Source of the DNA: Candidatus Gottesmanbacteria bacterium
GTDB taxonomy: Bacteria; Patescibacteriota; Microgenomatia; UBA10105; UBA927
Direction of reading: 5' to 3'
NCBI GenBank assembly: GCA_963809665.1
Contig: CAWEKC010000001.1
Coordinates: forward strand, 158,219-222,218
Length of the DNA stretch: 64,000 nucleotides
Positions 51,077 through 60,365 of this stretch are shown here, piece by piece. The notes beneath the pieces were generated by a model. The model was not told the origin of the DNA, made no database searches, and saw only the letters and a list, made by a program, of their open reading frames with translations. Numbering within the stretch: the stretch's first letter is position 1; each line of letters opens with the position of its first letter. Made by a program: the position numbers and the translations under genes.

Positions 51077-52543
51077 TCACGTTGTGACGGCGATTATAGC
51101 ATCTTGAAGCGCAAAATCAACTTTTTTATCAAAAAGGATACCGCATTCAACGCCAACCTTCTCCACTTTCGTTACGTCTTCCTTCCCCTTCCGGATCGAT
51201 TTGATCCTGGCGCGGGCAATTTCAGCCTCGGCGCGCATAATTTTGACGGTATCCCCGCGGGCAAGTCTCCCAGAAACCAGCTTTGTACCGGCAATACGGG
51301 CTTTCTCAAACGGGAATTCCGCAATCACCGTGCCGACGCCCAATTCCCGCTCTATGGCAAGTACTTCTTTAAGTCCCGACACCACTTCGGTAAGCTCATC
51401 CAATAGTTCGTATATAATTGTATATACACGGAAAACTACCTTCTCTGCTGTAGCAAGGCGCTCGACTGACGGCGGACATTTAACATTAAATCCTACAACT
51501 ATTGCTTTTGCGGATTTTGCCGTGAGTATATCCGTTTCGCCAATATCCCCGATACCCGCCGTTACCATCTCCACTTGTTTAGGCAAGGCGGTAATAATTG
51601 CTTCCATGGATCCGGCTGTATCAACTTTTAAAATAACCGTCAGTTTCCGGCCTGCCTGCTCTGCGACCGGTTTGAGCCAATCAGGCAGATTTTCTGCGGT
51701 AAACGGCGCGTTTTGAACAACTGCTTCCTTTGGTTTCTGTTCCAGATATATATCCGTCCTAAGCACAGATCCGACTGCCGGAAGCGAGGTAAACCCTAAG
51801 ACTTCAACCGGTCGTGCCGGGCCGGCAAGGGTTACCCCTTTACCGTATTCATCAAACATTGCCCGGACCCTTGCAACCTGCTTGGCGCCTTCAAAAAGAA
51901 GCGTGCCGAACCTGAGTGTTCCTTTTTTCACGACTACCGTTGCCACCATTCCTTTCCCTTTATCGAGGCGTGTTTCGATAACAACGGTTTCAAGCGGCGC
52001 CTCAGGTGAAAAATCCAGTCCCTTCAACTGCGCAACTAATGTGATAAGCTCCAGAAGTTCCGGCACTCCTTTTCCTGTTTTGGCAGATACTAATGCCACC
52101 GGTATATCTCCGCCGAATCCTTCTACCTGCACGCCGTTTTTGGCCAAGTCGGACTTGACTTTATCCGGCATAGCCGTCGGCAAATCAATTTTATTCATAA
52201 CGACTATCATTGATGCGCCGGATGCTTTGATCTGCTCAATGGATTCTTTGGTCTGGGGCATCACGCTGTCGTCAGCGGCAACAACTAACAGGGCGATATC
52301 CGCCACCTGGGCGCCGCGGCTGCGCATCTTGGCAAACGCCTCGTGTCCGGGCGTATCAATAAAGGTAATATTATGTATCTGGTAGGCGCCGATATGCTGG
52401 GTGATGCCGCCGTGTTCGCCTTCTGCTACATGAGTTTTCCGGATGGTATCAAGAAGCGTGGTTTTACCGTGGTCAACGTGGCCCAATACCGCCACAATGG
52501 GAGGTCTTGCAAGTGTCTGAACTTCTGTTTTCTTTTTCTTCAT
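51077..52543 (-). CDS. infB: Translation initiation factor IF-2, short form
   Basis: [27 protein letters not shown]; 488 aa. Confidence 0.97.
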   Translation of the reverse strand: MKKKKTEVQTLARPPIVAVLGHVDHGKTTLLDTIRKTHVAEGEHGGITQHIGAYQIHNITFIDTPGHEAFAKMRSRGAQVADIALLVVAADDSVMPQTKESIEQIKASGASMIVVMNKIDLPTAMPDKVKSDLAKNGVQVEGFGGDIPVALVSAKTGKGVPELLELITLVAQLKGLDFSPEAPLETVVIETRLDKGKGMVATVVVKKGTLRFGTLLFEGAKQVARVRAMFDEYGKGVTLAGPARPVEVLGFTSLPAVGSVLRTDIYLEQKPKEAVVQNAPFTAENLPDWLKPVAEQAGRKLTVILKVDTAGSMEAIITALPKQVEMVTAGIGDIGETDILTAKSAKAIVVGFNVKCPPSVERLATAEKVVFRVYTIIYELLDELTEVVSGLKEVLAIERELGVGTVIAEFPFEKARIAGTKLVSGRLARGDTVKIMRAEAEIARARIKSIRKGKEDVTKVEKVGVECGILFDKKVDFALQDAIIAVTT

Positions 52544-52564
52544 AATAAATTACAGCCCGGTGTT

Positions 52565-53626
52565 TCATACAACGGGAGTCTTCACTTCCGGTTTCACTTC
52601 TTCTTTTTTTTCTTCAACCGGTGCCGGCGTTGTCTCTGCCGGTACACCTGCCTGCGCAGGCAGGCCTTTGCCCCGGATATCTATTTTCCAACCGGTTAAT
52701 TTTGCAGCCAGCCGTACATTCTGTCCGTCACGGCCTATCGCCAAAGAAAGCTGATCCTCTGGAACAAGAACTTCCGCGGATTTCTTCTCATCATTAAGGG
52801 TAACTATCATGTCCTTGGCGGGGGCTAATGCCGACATAATAAATACCTTCGGGTCATCGTTCCACTGGATGATATCCACCTTTTCCTGGCCTCCTAATTC
52901 GCTGATGACACCCTGTACGCGCACACCCTTTTGGCCCACACAGGAGCCCACAGGATCCACCCCTGGTTGTTTGGAAAATACGGCAACTTTCGTCCGTCCG
53001 CCGGCCTCGCGGGCTATAACACGGAACTCAACCGCCCCCTGGGCGACTTCCGGAACTTCACGTTTAAACAATCCTTCCACGAGTCCTTTATGTGCACGGG
53101 ACACGATAATTTCGTTGCCGCGCATGGTTTCCCGGATGCCTTCTACGTAAAATGTCAGCCGTTGGTTCAGGTGATACCGCTCTCCCTGGCTCTGTTCGGA
53201 TGTCGGCATGACCGCCTGCGCGCGGCCGATATCGACGATAATATTCGGCCCGTCAAACCGGAGAACCATACCCGGAACGATCGACCCTATTTTCGTCTGG
53301 TAATCCGCAAGTACGGATTGTTTTTCCGCTTCCCGTATCCTCTGGAGGATAACCTGTTTGGCGGTCTGGGCGGCAATCCGTCCGAATCCGGGAGGCGTAA
53401 TGTCTTTGCCGTCTTTGGATATTTTAGCCTCACCCGTATCGGGATTGAGGTCCACTTTGTACTGCTCAAGCTCGGTTACCTCGGTGATGCCTCCGCCGTA
53501 ATCCTTGCGGTAGGCAGCCAGTATTGCGGCTTTAATGGTTTCGACAACCACGTTGGGGTCAATGCCCCGTTCCGTGGCTACCTGGTTTAACGCTAAGCTG
53601 AATTCACTTTTTACTGTTGCCGGCAT
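52565..53626 (-). CDS. nusA: Transcription factor NusA
   Basis: FGRIAAQTAKQ, SLAIGRDGQNVRLA. Confidence 0.97.
   Translation of the reverse strand: MPATVKSEFSLALNQVATERGIDPNVVVETIKAAILAAYRKDYGGGITEVTELEQYKVDLNPDTGEAKISKDGKDITPPGFGRIAAQTAKQVILQRIREAEKQSVLADYQTKIGSIVPGMVLRFDGPNIIVDIGRAQAVMPTSEQSQGERYHLNQRLTFYVEGIRETMRGNEIIVSRAHKGLVEGLFKREVPEVAQGAVEFRVIAREAGGRTKVAVFSKQPGVDPVGSCVGQKGVRVQGVISELGGQEKVDIIQWNDDPKVFIMSALAPAKDMIVTLNDEKKSAEVLVPEDQLSLAIGRDGQNVRLAAKLTGWKIDIRGKGLPAQAGVPAETTPAPVEEKKEEVKPEVKTPVV
52647..52664. repeat. Perfect 18-bp palindromic element in-frame within nusA
   Basis: CCTGCCTGCGCAGGCAGG; protein reads G-LPAQAG. Confidence 0.9.
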
Positions 53627-53709
53627 AGTTTATAAAAAAAGGCGGGTCTCCCCACCTATCCTTTCTCTAATCTTGTCTCCTATTATAGCACGCCTGAGCC
53701 ACCCGTCAA
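53627..53709 (-). promoter_or_regulatory. nusA promoter with GNRA-loop terminator leader (rimP-leader-like)
   Basis: TTGACG-N16-TATAAT with TGn; AGGTGGG-GAGA-CCCGCCT-TTTTTT at 53657-53634. Confidence 0.75.
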
Positions 53710-54602
53710 CCGCGCTCAAGCTCTTCCAGTAATTCTTTTTGCCGGCGTGTAAGGCGTGTCGGTACGTGAAGCTGGATACGGACGTATTCGTCGCCGCGGC
53801 CACTCCCCCGCACATGCGGGACACCTTTTCCGTGAAGACGGATAAGCGTTCCGGGCTGGACTCCGGGCTGGATGCGGATTTTTAAGGGACCGTCAATCGT
53901 GGGAACGCCAACTACCGAGCCCAGCGCAGCCTGGGAGAATGTCACTTCGTGCTCAATAATAAGGTCGTCCCCCTCGCGTTTATATTCGCGGCTTGGTTTT
54001 ACTTCCAGAACTATTTCAAAATCGTCAAACCGGATACGGCTCCCGGTATCCACACCTGCAGGGATCTTTATTGTCTTCCGTACGCTTCCGTCTCCGGCCT
54101 GCCCGCGGGGTACATGGATTTCGCGGGTCGCGCCTTTTACGGCATCCATAAAATCAATGCTTAGTTCATACGCCTGACGCGGCTGGCGCCTTGAAGTTCT
54201 TCCGAATCCCCCTCCGAAAAACTGCTCAAAAATCTCGAACGGATCGATAAAATCTTCACCAAACGGCATACCACCACTAGAAGGCTGACCTCCGCTTGTG
54301 GAATAATAATATTGGAACGGCCCCTGCCGGAATCCGCCGCCGAACGGCCCCTGGCCCGGAGCTCCGCCCATTCCGGGCTGGAATGCCGCATGGCCGAACT
54401 GATCGTACGTTTCTTTTTTCTTAGAATCGGATAATACCGCGTACGCTTCGTTTATTTCCTTAAACTTCTCGTTGGCATTGGCGGCTTTGTTCCGGTCAGG
54501 ATGCCACTGCAGCGCGAGCTTGCGGTACGCAGCCTTAATTTCCGTAGTCGTGGCGGACTTTGACAGCCCCAATATTTCGTAATAATCGCGTTTATTAGGC
54601 AT
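53706..54602 (-). CDS. dnaJ: DnaJ-class chaperone without zinc finger
   Basis: WHPDRN, G/F-rich region, no CxxCxGxG repeats. Confidence 0.92.
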   Translation of the reverse strand: MPNKRDYYEILGLSKSATTTEIKAAYRKLALQWHPDRNKAANANEKFKEINEAYAVLSDSKKKETYDQFGHAAFQPGMGGAPGQGPFGGGFRQGPFQYYYSTSGGQPSSGGMPFGEDFIDPFEIFEQFFGGGFGRTSRRQPRQAYELSIDFMDAVKGATREIHVPRGQAGDGSVRKTIKIPAGVDTGSRIRFDDFEIVLEVKPSREYKREGDDLIIEHEVTFSQAALGSVVGVPTIDGPLKIRIQPGVQPGTLIRLHGKGVPHVRGSGRGDEYVRIQLHVPTRLTRRQKELLEELERG

Positions 54603-54624
54603 AAAGTATCCGTATTATATCAAT

Positions 54625-54646
54625 TAGGCGCGCTTTCGCGCGCCTA
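54625..54646. terminator. GC-rich hairpin after dnaK; terminator or stabiliser
   Basis: Minus strand TAGGCGCGC-GAAA-GCGCGCCTA; no clear U-tract. Confidence 0.5.
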
Positions 54647-54668
54647 TTGATCAGTATATTTTTGGTTA

Positions 54669-56561
54669 TTAACTTACGACTTCGCCTTCCTCAACTTTTT
54701 TTTCGTCTTTTTTATCTTCTGCCTTCGGCTCTTGGCCGGGCGGAGCGCCGGTTGGAGGTTGTTCTCCCTGTTTTTCCTGGTACATCGCAGCGCCCACTTT
54801 CTGGACCGCTTCGGAAAGCTCGCTGGTTTTCGTTTCCAGATCTTCTTTGCTTCCGGTATCCAAAATTTCCTTGAGTGCTTTTATTTTTTCCCTGACCGCT
54901 GTCTTATCATCTGTTGCTTTATCACCCGAATCTTTCAGGGTTTTTTCGGCAACATAGATGATATTATCCGCTTTATTTCTGGCCTCGATTTTATCTTTCT
55001 TCTCGGTATCCATGGCGGCATTTGCCTCCGCCTCTTTCTTCATCTTCTCGACTTCTTCTTTGGAAAGCCCGGTCGAGTTGGTAATACGGATATTGGCGGC
55101 TTTTCCGGTCGCCTTATCTTTGGCGGCAACATTTAAGATACCGTTTGCGTCAATATCAAACGTTACCTCTACCTGCGGAACTCCCCGCGGCGACGGCGGA
55201 ATTCCCGAGAGAATAAACCGGCCGAGAGATTTATTATCCGCAGCCATCGGGCGCTCTCCCTGTAAAATGTTAATTTCAACCGACGTCTGGTTATCCGCAG
55301 CAGTTGAATAGATTTCCGTTTTACTCGTCGGAACCGTCGTATTTCTCGTAATCATCGGCGTCGATACTCCACCCAGCGTCTCGACGGAAAGTGTGAGCGG
55401 TGTAACATCCAACAAAACAACGTCTTTGACCTCACCCGTAAGAACGCCCGCCTGGACTGCGGCACCTATCGCAACGACTTCATCCGGATTGACGGACTGG
55501 TTCGGAGTCTTGCCGAAATATTCCTTCACCGTCTCCACAACTTTCGGCATTCGGGTCATACCACCGACCAAAACAATTTCGTCAATATCTTTGATGGTCT
55601 TTTTGGCGTCAGTTAGACATTTCTTGACCGGATCGATCGTCTTCGTGATAAGGTCGCCGACCAATGATTCCAACTTTGCGCGCGTGATTTTCATCACCAG
55701 ATGAAGCGGGCCGTTTTTCCCCTGGGTAATAAACGGCAAATTTATTTCCGTCTCCATCGAGCTACTTAGCTCTATCTTTGCTTTCTCCGCCGCGTCCCTG
55801 ATCCTTTGCAGCGCCTGGGGGTCTTTGCGCAGATCTACACTGTTGTCTTTCTTAAACTCATCGGCAATGTAATCCAGAATCCGTTTATCAAAATCGTCTC
55901 CGCCCAGATGCGTATCACCGTTGGTGGCTTTCACTTCATACACGCCGTCTCCGAGCTCAAGAATAGAAATATCAAACGTCCCGCCTCCGAGGTCATACAC
56001 GGCAATCGTATGTGTGTTTTTCTTATCCAACCCGTAGGCAAGCGCGGACGCAGTGGGCTCATTAACGATACGCATCACTTCAAGCCCTGCAATTTCCCCT
56101 GCCTGTTTGGTGGCTTGGCGCTGGGAATCATCAAAATACGCAGGAACCGTAATGACGGCCTGCGTGACGGTTTCCCCGAGATATTTTTCCGCATCCGCTT
56201 TAATTTTGGCAAGCACTTTGGCGGAAATTTCCTGCGGGGTGAATTCCTTACCTTCCACGACGACCACTGCCATGCCGTTTTTACCGGATTTGATGGTGTA
56301 CGGCAGCAGTTTCATGTCCGTCTGCACGGACGGATCCGAAAATTTGCGGCCCATGAGCCGTTTGACGGAAAAAATCGTATCCTGGGGATTGAGAATCGCC
56401 TGGTGCTTGGCAACATCACCCACGATATTTTTAATCGGGTCCACAACAGACGGAAACACGTTTCTGCCCTCAAGCGAGTGGATAACTTTCGGGGCACCGC
56501 CTTCCATGACGGCCACACATGAATTAGTTGTACCTAAATCTATACCGATAATTTTTGACAT
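54669..56561 (-). CDS. dnaK: Chaperone DnaK
   Basis: [18 protein letters not shown]; SD AAGGAGG. Confidence 0.99.
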   Translation of the reverse strand: MSKIIGIDLGTTNSCVAVMEGGAPKVIHSLEGRNVFPSVVDPIKNIVGDVAKHQAILNPQDTIFSVKRLMGRKFSDPSVQTDMKLLPYTIKSGKNGMAVVVVEGKEFTPQEISAKVLAKIKADAEKYLGETVTQAVITVPAYFDDSQRQATKQAGEIAGLEVMRIVNEPTASALAYGLDKKNTHTIAVYDLGGGTFDISILELGDGVYEVKATNGDTHLGGDDFDKRILDYIADEFKKDNSVDLRKDPQALQRIRDAAEKAKIELSSSMETEINLPFITQGKNGPLHLVMKITRAKLESLVGDLITKTIDPVKKCLTDAKKTIKDIDEIVLVGGMTRMPKVVETVKEYFGKTPNQSVNPDEVVAIGAAVQAGVLTGEVKDVVLLDVTPLTLSVETLGGVSTPMITRNTTVPTSKTEIYSTAADNQTSVEINILQGERPMAADNKSLGRFILSGIPPSPRGVPQVEVTFDIDANGILNVAAKDKATGKAANIRITNSTGLSKEEVEKMKKEAEANAAMDTEKKDKIEARNKADNIIYVAEKTLKDSGDKATDDKTAVREKIKALKEILDTGSKEDLETKTSELSEAVQKVGAAMYQEKQGEQPPTGAPPGQEPKAEDKKDEKKVEEGEVVS

Positions 56562-56571
56562 ATATTCCTCC

Positions 56572-56994
56572 TTATGAAACTAATGTTTTTCCTACTTTTA
56601 CTTGTGCTACTCTTAATATTTTATCGTGAAGCCTATATCCCGGTAATATTTCCTCAATTACTATGTTATCAGCCCCCGCAACAACTTCAATACATTCCAT
56701 CCGGTGCGGGTCAAATGGTTTACCGACGACCTCAATTTTTTCGACTCCCTGCTCTGCTAACACTGCAGATAATTCTTTGAGTGCCAATTCAAGCCCTGTA
56801 TCTTTAATATGTGTTGACGCCTTCGTCAGCGTATCCAATGCAGGCAAAAGTCTCGCCGTTACCGTCTCTGCCGCATATTTCCTGATTTGCTGTTTTTCCT
56901 GCTGCGTGCGTTTCTCCAGATTCTGATAATCTGCAAGCGCCCGCAGATACTTTGACTTCCAATCTATTATTTCTTCCTCATGTTTCTTTTTCAT
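56572..56994 (-). CDS. grpE: Nucleotide exchange factor GrpE
   Basis: [26 protein letters not shown]. Confidence 0.95.
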   Translation of the reverse strand: MKKKHEEEIIDWKSKYLRALADYQNLEKRTQQEKQQIRKYAAETVTARLLPALDTLTKASTHIKDTGLELALKELSAVLAEQGVEKIEVVGKPFDPHRMECIEVVAGADNIVIEEILPGYRLHDKILRVAQVKVGKTLVS

Positions 56995-56997
56995 ACG

Positions 56998-57732
56998 TTA
57001 CCAGCTTCTCGTAAATTCACCGATGAGTCCGCCCATGTACCTGACAAACGGAATAACCGCCGAATAATTAAGCCGCGACGGACCGATAACACCGATGGCA
57101 CCGGACACATGCGGGGAACTGAACTTTTCAAATACAAATCCGCATTGTGAGAGGACGCTCCGTGATGCAATTTCTTCTCCTAAAAAGATATCAAACACAT
57201 CGGTATCACGGCCAAGAAGTTCCGACCAGAATCCGAACTGGTCCAGGGTTGCGAGTAATTGATGCGTCAGCTCATAATCATAAAACTCCGGCATGTCCAG
57301 AAGGTTTGCGGCCCCCGCATAGTAAAGATCTCCGTCTTTCGTAGCCGTAAGGGCGAGGGTTTTCGTTTTTTCCGCAAGCGTTTTAGTTGCTTCGCGAAGA
57401 AGTTTATCCACTTCCTGACGGTATTCCCAGATCTTTTCTTTTACCGCCACTTCGTCCGCCACCGACATATCCTTGGTTTTCATCAGATGATCAACGTAAT
57501 AGCGCATCGCTTCGGGTGTAGGGCTTCGTCCTGCGCTGGTGTGCGGTTGGTTAAGCATTTTAAGCTCGGTTAACCGCATCATTTCATTCCGGATTGTGGC
57601 CGGAGATACGCCGAGATTGTATTTTTTATCCAAAGTTTCGCTGCCTACAGGCTCAGCGGTGGCAATATATTCCTCAATAATCGCCTTGAGGATCTGAATT
57701 TGGCGGGGCGATAATTCTTTCACAGGATCCAT
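56998..57732 (-). CDS. hrcA: Heat-inducible repressor HrcA, short form
   Basis: EPVGS, SPATIRNEM, HTSAGR, GVIGPSRLNY. Confidence 0.93.
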   Translation of the reverse strand: MDPVKELSPRQIQILKAIIEEYIATAEPVGSETLDKKYNLGVSPATIRNEMMRLTELKMLNQPHTSAGRSPTPEAMRYYVDHLMKTKDMSVADEVAVKEKIWEYRQEVDKLLREATKTLAEKTKTLALTATKDGDLYYAGAANLLDMPEFYDYELTHQLLATLDQFGFWSELLGRDTDVFDIFLGEEIASRSVLSQCGFVFEKFSSPHVSGAIGVIGPSRLNYSAVIPFVRYMGGLIGEFTRSW

Positions 57733-57753
57733 ATATATACCTTTCCAGACAGA

Positions 57754-57790
57754 TTAGCAGTACTATACATCGAGTGCTAATGTCTGTCAA
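57754..57790 (-). promoter_or_regulatory. CIRCE operator overlapping a sigma70 promoter
   Basis: TTAGCACTC-N9-TACTGCTAA at 57780-57754; TTGACA(57790-85)-N17-TATAGT(57767-62). Confidence 0.9.
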
Positions 57791-57845
57791 TACCCTTCTC
57801 GCCCCTTGCAGGATTCCGATAAATAAGACAATAATGGATGTACGG

Positions 57846-58967
57846 ATGAAAAAAGTATTCCTGTATATTGTTATTGCATTACTGCTTCTGGGGATACCGG
57901 CAACGATTTATATTTTGAGTCAGCAGCGGGATATCAGAACACGTGCCGCGCCGGCAACCACCCTTACCCTCACCCCGGCCGTACAAACGGTAAAAGCGGG
58001 AGATACGTTCAAACTCAACGTCGATATTGACCCGGCGACTAATCAGGTGGTCTCCGGTTATATTTATGTAACGTACGACCCGGCGAAACTCGAGGCAAAA
58101 ACGATTACGAATGGTTCGAGCGCTCCGAGAGTACTGAATTCCGGCATAGTTGAGAACGGCACCGCTTCAATTAAAGTCGGGGCAGCAAGTAATGCAGCGC
58201 CTATCGCAACGCGCGGCACGATAGCCGTTATCACGTTTACGGCAAAAGAGGCGACAAATAACCTTACCCCTGCGGTCGTCCAGTTTGCGTCCAATACATT
58301 TGCCGGAGGGTTAAATGATGCTACTGCCAACGTATTGGCCGGGACGAATCCTGCAAAAATTACCATCACCGGCGCCAATTCCACCGGAGCAACCTTCAGG
58401 TCCGGAAGTCCGACTCCGACGGCAACCCCGACGGCATCCTTGGCCCGGACAATCACTCCGACCGCAGGAGCGACTCCGACGGCTACCCCGACGGCATCCC
58501 TTTCCGTGATACTCACACCTACGGTAACGCCGACACTATCCGCATCCCAAAGCGCCATAGCTTCTGTATCGGCAATTGCATTGCAGATCGTCGCACCGGA
58601 AGTAAATGCTGATGTGACCACATCCCAGCCGATTATCAGCGGTAAAGCGCCCCCCGGCAGTACTGTCACAATCGTTATCCATTCCGATACAGGGGTCACG
58701 GTGACGGTTACCGCTGACGCAAACGGTAACTGGGTATATACTCCCACGACACCGCTTGATCCCGGCCCGCACAGCGTGGTGGCAAGCGCCCAGGATGCCG
58801 CAGGTACGACGCAAACGGCAACAACTACATTTGTCGTTGCGGGAGGAGAAGAAGTGGGAGCATCCGAAAGCGCCATACCTATATCCGGAAACATCCAGGC
58901 AACATTGCTCCTTGTGGGATTGGGAATACTACTTATCTCAACAGGTGTATTTGTATGGCATTTTTAA
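57846..58967 (+). CDS. Surface protein: cohesin-like domain, Thr/Pro linker, Ig-like domain, C-terminal IPISG plus TM
   Basis: N-terminal TM, VTYDPAKL, TPTATPT repeats, ADANGNWVYTP. Confidence 0.8.
   Translation: MKKVFLYIVIALLLLGIPATIYILSQQRDIRTRAAPATTLTLTPAVQTVKAGDTFKLNVDIDPATNQVVSGYIYVTYDPAKLEAKTITNGSSAPRVLNSGIVENGTASIKVGAASNAAPIATRGTIAVITFTAKEATNNLTPAVVQFASNTFAGGLNDATANVLAGTNPAKITITGANSTGATFRSGSPTPTATPTASLARTITPTAGATPTATPTASLSVILTPTVTPTLSASQSAIASVSAIALQIVAPEVNADVTTSQPIISGKAPPGSTVTIVIHSDTGVTVTVTADANGNWVYTPTTPLDPGPHSVVASAQDAAGTTQTATTTFVVAGGEEVGASESAIPISGNIQATLLLVGLGILLISTGVFVWHF
58411..58500 (+). repeat. Direct repeat of 30 bp at 60-bp spacing encoding TPTATPTAS
   Basis: 58411-58440 and 58471-58500 differ at 2 of 30 positions. 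Confidence 0.8.
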
Positions 58968-60362
58968 CCGAGCGTACACAACCAAAAACAATATCCATTG
59001 TTTCCGCCCTCGCACTGCTTGTATTTTTGCCGCTTATGCTCCTGGCGGTACAAAACATCGCAATACTTATCACCCAGGCCACCGGAACTCCCGCCTGCAA
59101 TCATTGTTGACACCAAAGCGGTTCTGGAACCTGTTAACACCGGCTTTTATCATGCATTTGCCCAGGGGGGCGAAGAAGCCAAAGACATGCTTGCGCCGGT
59201 CGCGGCAGATATCCGTGGGCTTCGGCCAAAAGTCATACGGATCGATCATCTGTATGATCTTTATAATGTGGTCGGGCGCAGCGGCAGTGGTTTGACATTT
59301 GATTGGACAAGACTGGATGCCGCGGTCAACACGATACTCTCAACCGGCGCTAAACCGCTCCTGGTTCTTTCGTATATGCCGTCTGTTATTGCCAAAGACG
59401 GCAGTATCATTAACCCTCCCAATGACTGGAGCGAGTGGGCGCTGGTTGTCCAGAAAACAATTGAACATTACAGCGGACGCAGTGAAAAAAATATCAGCGG
59501 CATCTACTATGAAGTCTGGAATGAGCCGGATCTTGCGCAATTCGGCGGATGGAAATACTACGGAAATAAAAATTATCTCACGCTGTACCACTGGGCATCG
59601 GTCGGCGCCAATAATGCGCAAAACGTCACGACATTTTATCTCGGTGGTCCTGCGACAGCCGGACTTTATAAGGAATGGATCACTTCATTGGTGACAAGCG
59701 GCAACCGGGTAAATTTCCTTAGCTGGCACACCTATCAGGCCGACCCCAAGATATACGATAAAAACCAGCGTGATGTGATCTCCTGGTTATTGCCGTACCC
59801 GAACTACACTCTGATTCCGCTTCTAATAACGGAATTCGGATTTACCGGAAGTAAAAGTGCGCTCTATGGCACGCAGTATGCGGCAGCGCATACGGCGGCG
59901 GTTATCCGGCAGCTTATTACCGGCGGACCTGCGTATCTTTTTTCGTTCCAGCCGGTTGACGGACCGAACCAAAAGGACGGCACAGGTTGGGGGCTTATTA
60001 CAAATTCTGATAATGGGTTGACGAAAAAACCCCGGTATTACGTTTATAATTTTATTGATGCCATGGCCGGCAGCCGGCTCGCGCTCTACGGCGAAGGCTC
60101 GTGGGTCACAGGGTTTGCCAGCAGTAATGCTACGGTAATCCGGACGTTTCTTGTTAATTTTGACCGTAACGGCTCCCACACGGAAAATGTTCCGGTGACC
60201 TGGAAAAACCTGGAACCCGGCTCCTATACATTGCGCAAACATTATCTGTTCGGCACGGACACGAAGACCACAGAGGTTGCCACTATGTCAGCCATGACGA
60301 AACAGATATTTATGACGGCTCAAAACGCGGTGATCCTTGAACTGACGAAGCAGTCTCCCTAA
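58955..60362 (+). CDS. GH39-like (clan A) glycoside hydrolase, membrane-anchored, with a +1 frameshift at ~59093
   Basis: YEVWNEPD, SWHTY, LITEFG. The signal anchor MAFLTERTQPKTISIVSALALLVFLPLMLLAV lies in a different frame that stops at 59110. Confidence 0.75.
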
Positions 60363-60365
60363 GTC

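Noticed and set aside
51651-51659. Half-sites CCTGCCTGC here and near 32373 and 15234
   Set aside because: Single 9-mers without the second arm could arise by chance
54092-54112. Possible degenerate palindromic-element copy in dnaJ (VPRGQAG)
   Set aside because: Only a partial match and not palindromic; needs orthologue alignment
58064-58894. 276-aa antisense ORF
   Set aside because: In-register shadow of the Thr/Pro/Ala-rich surface gene
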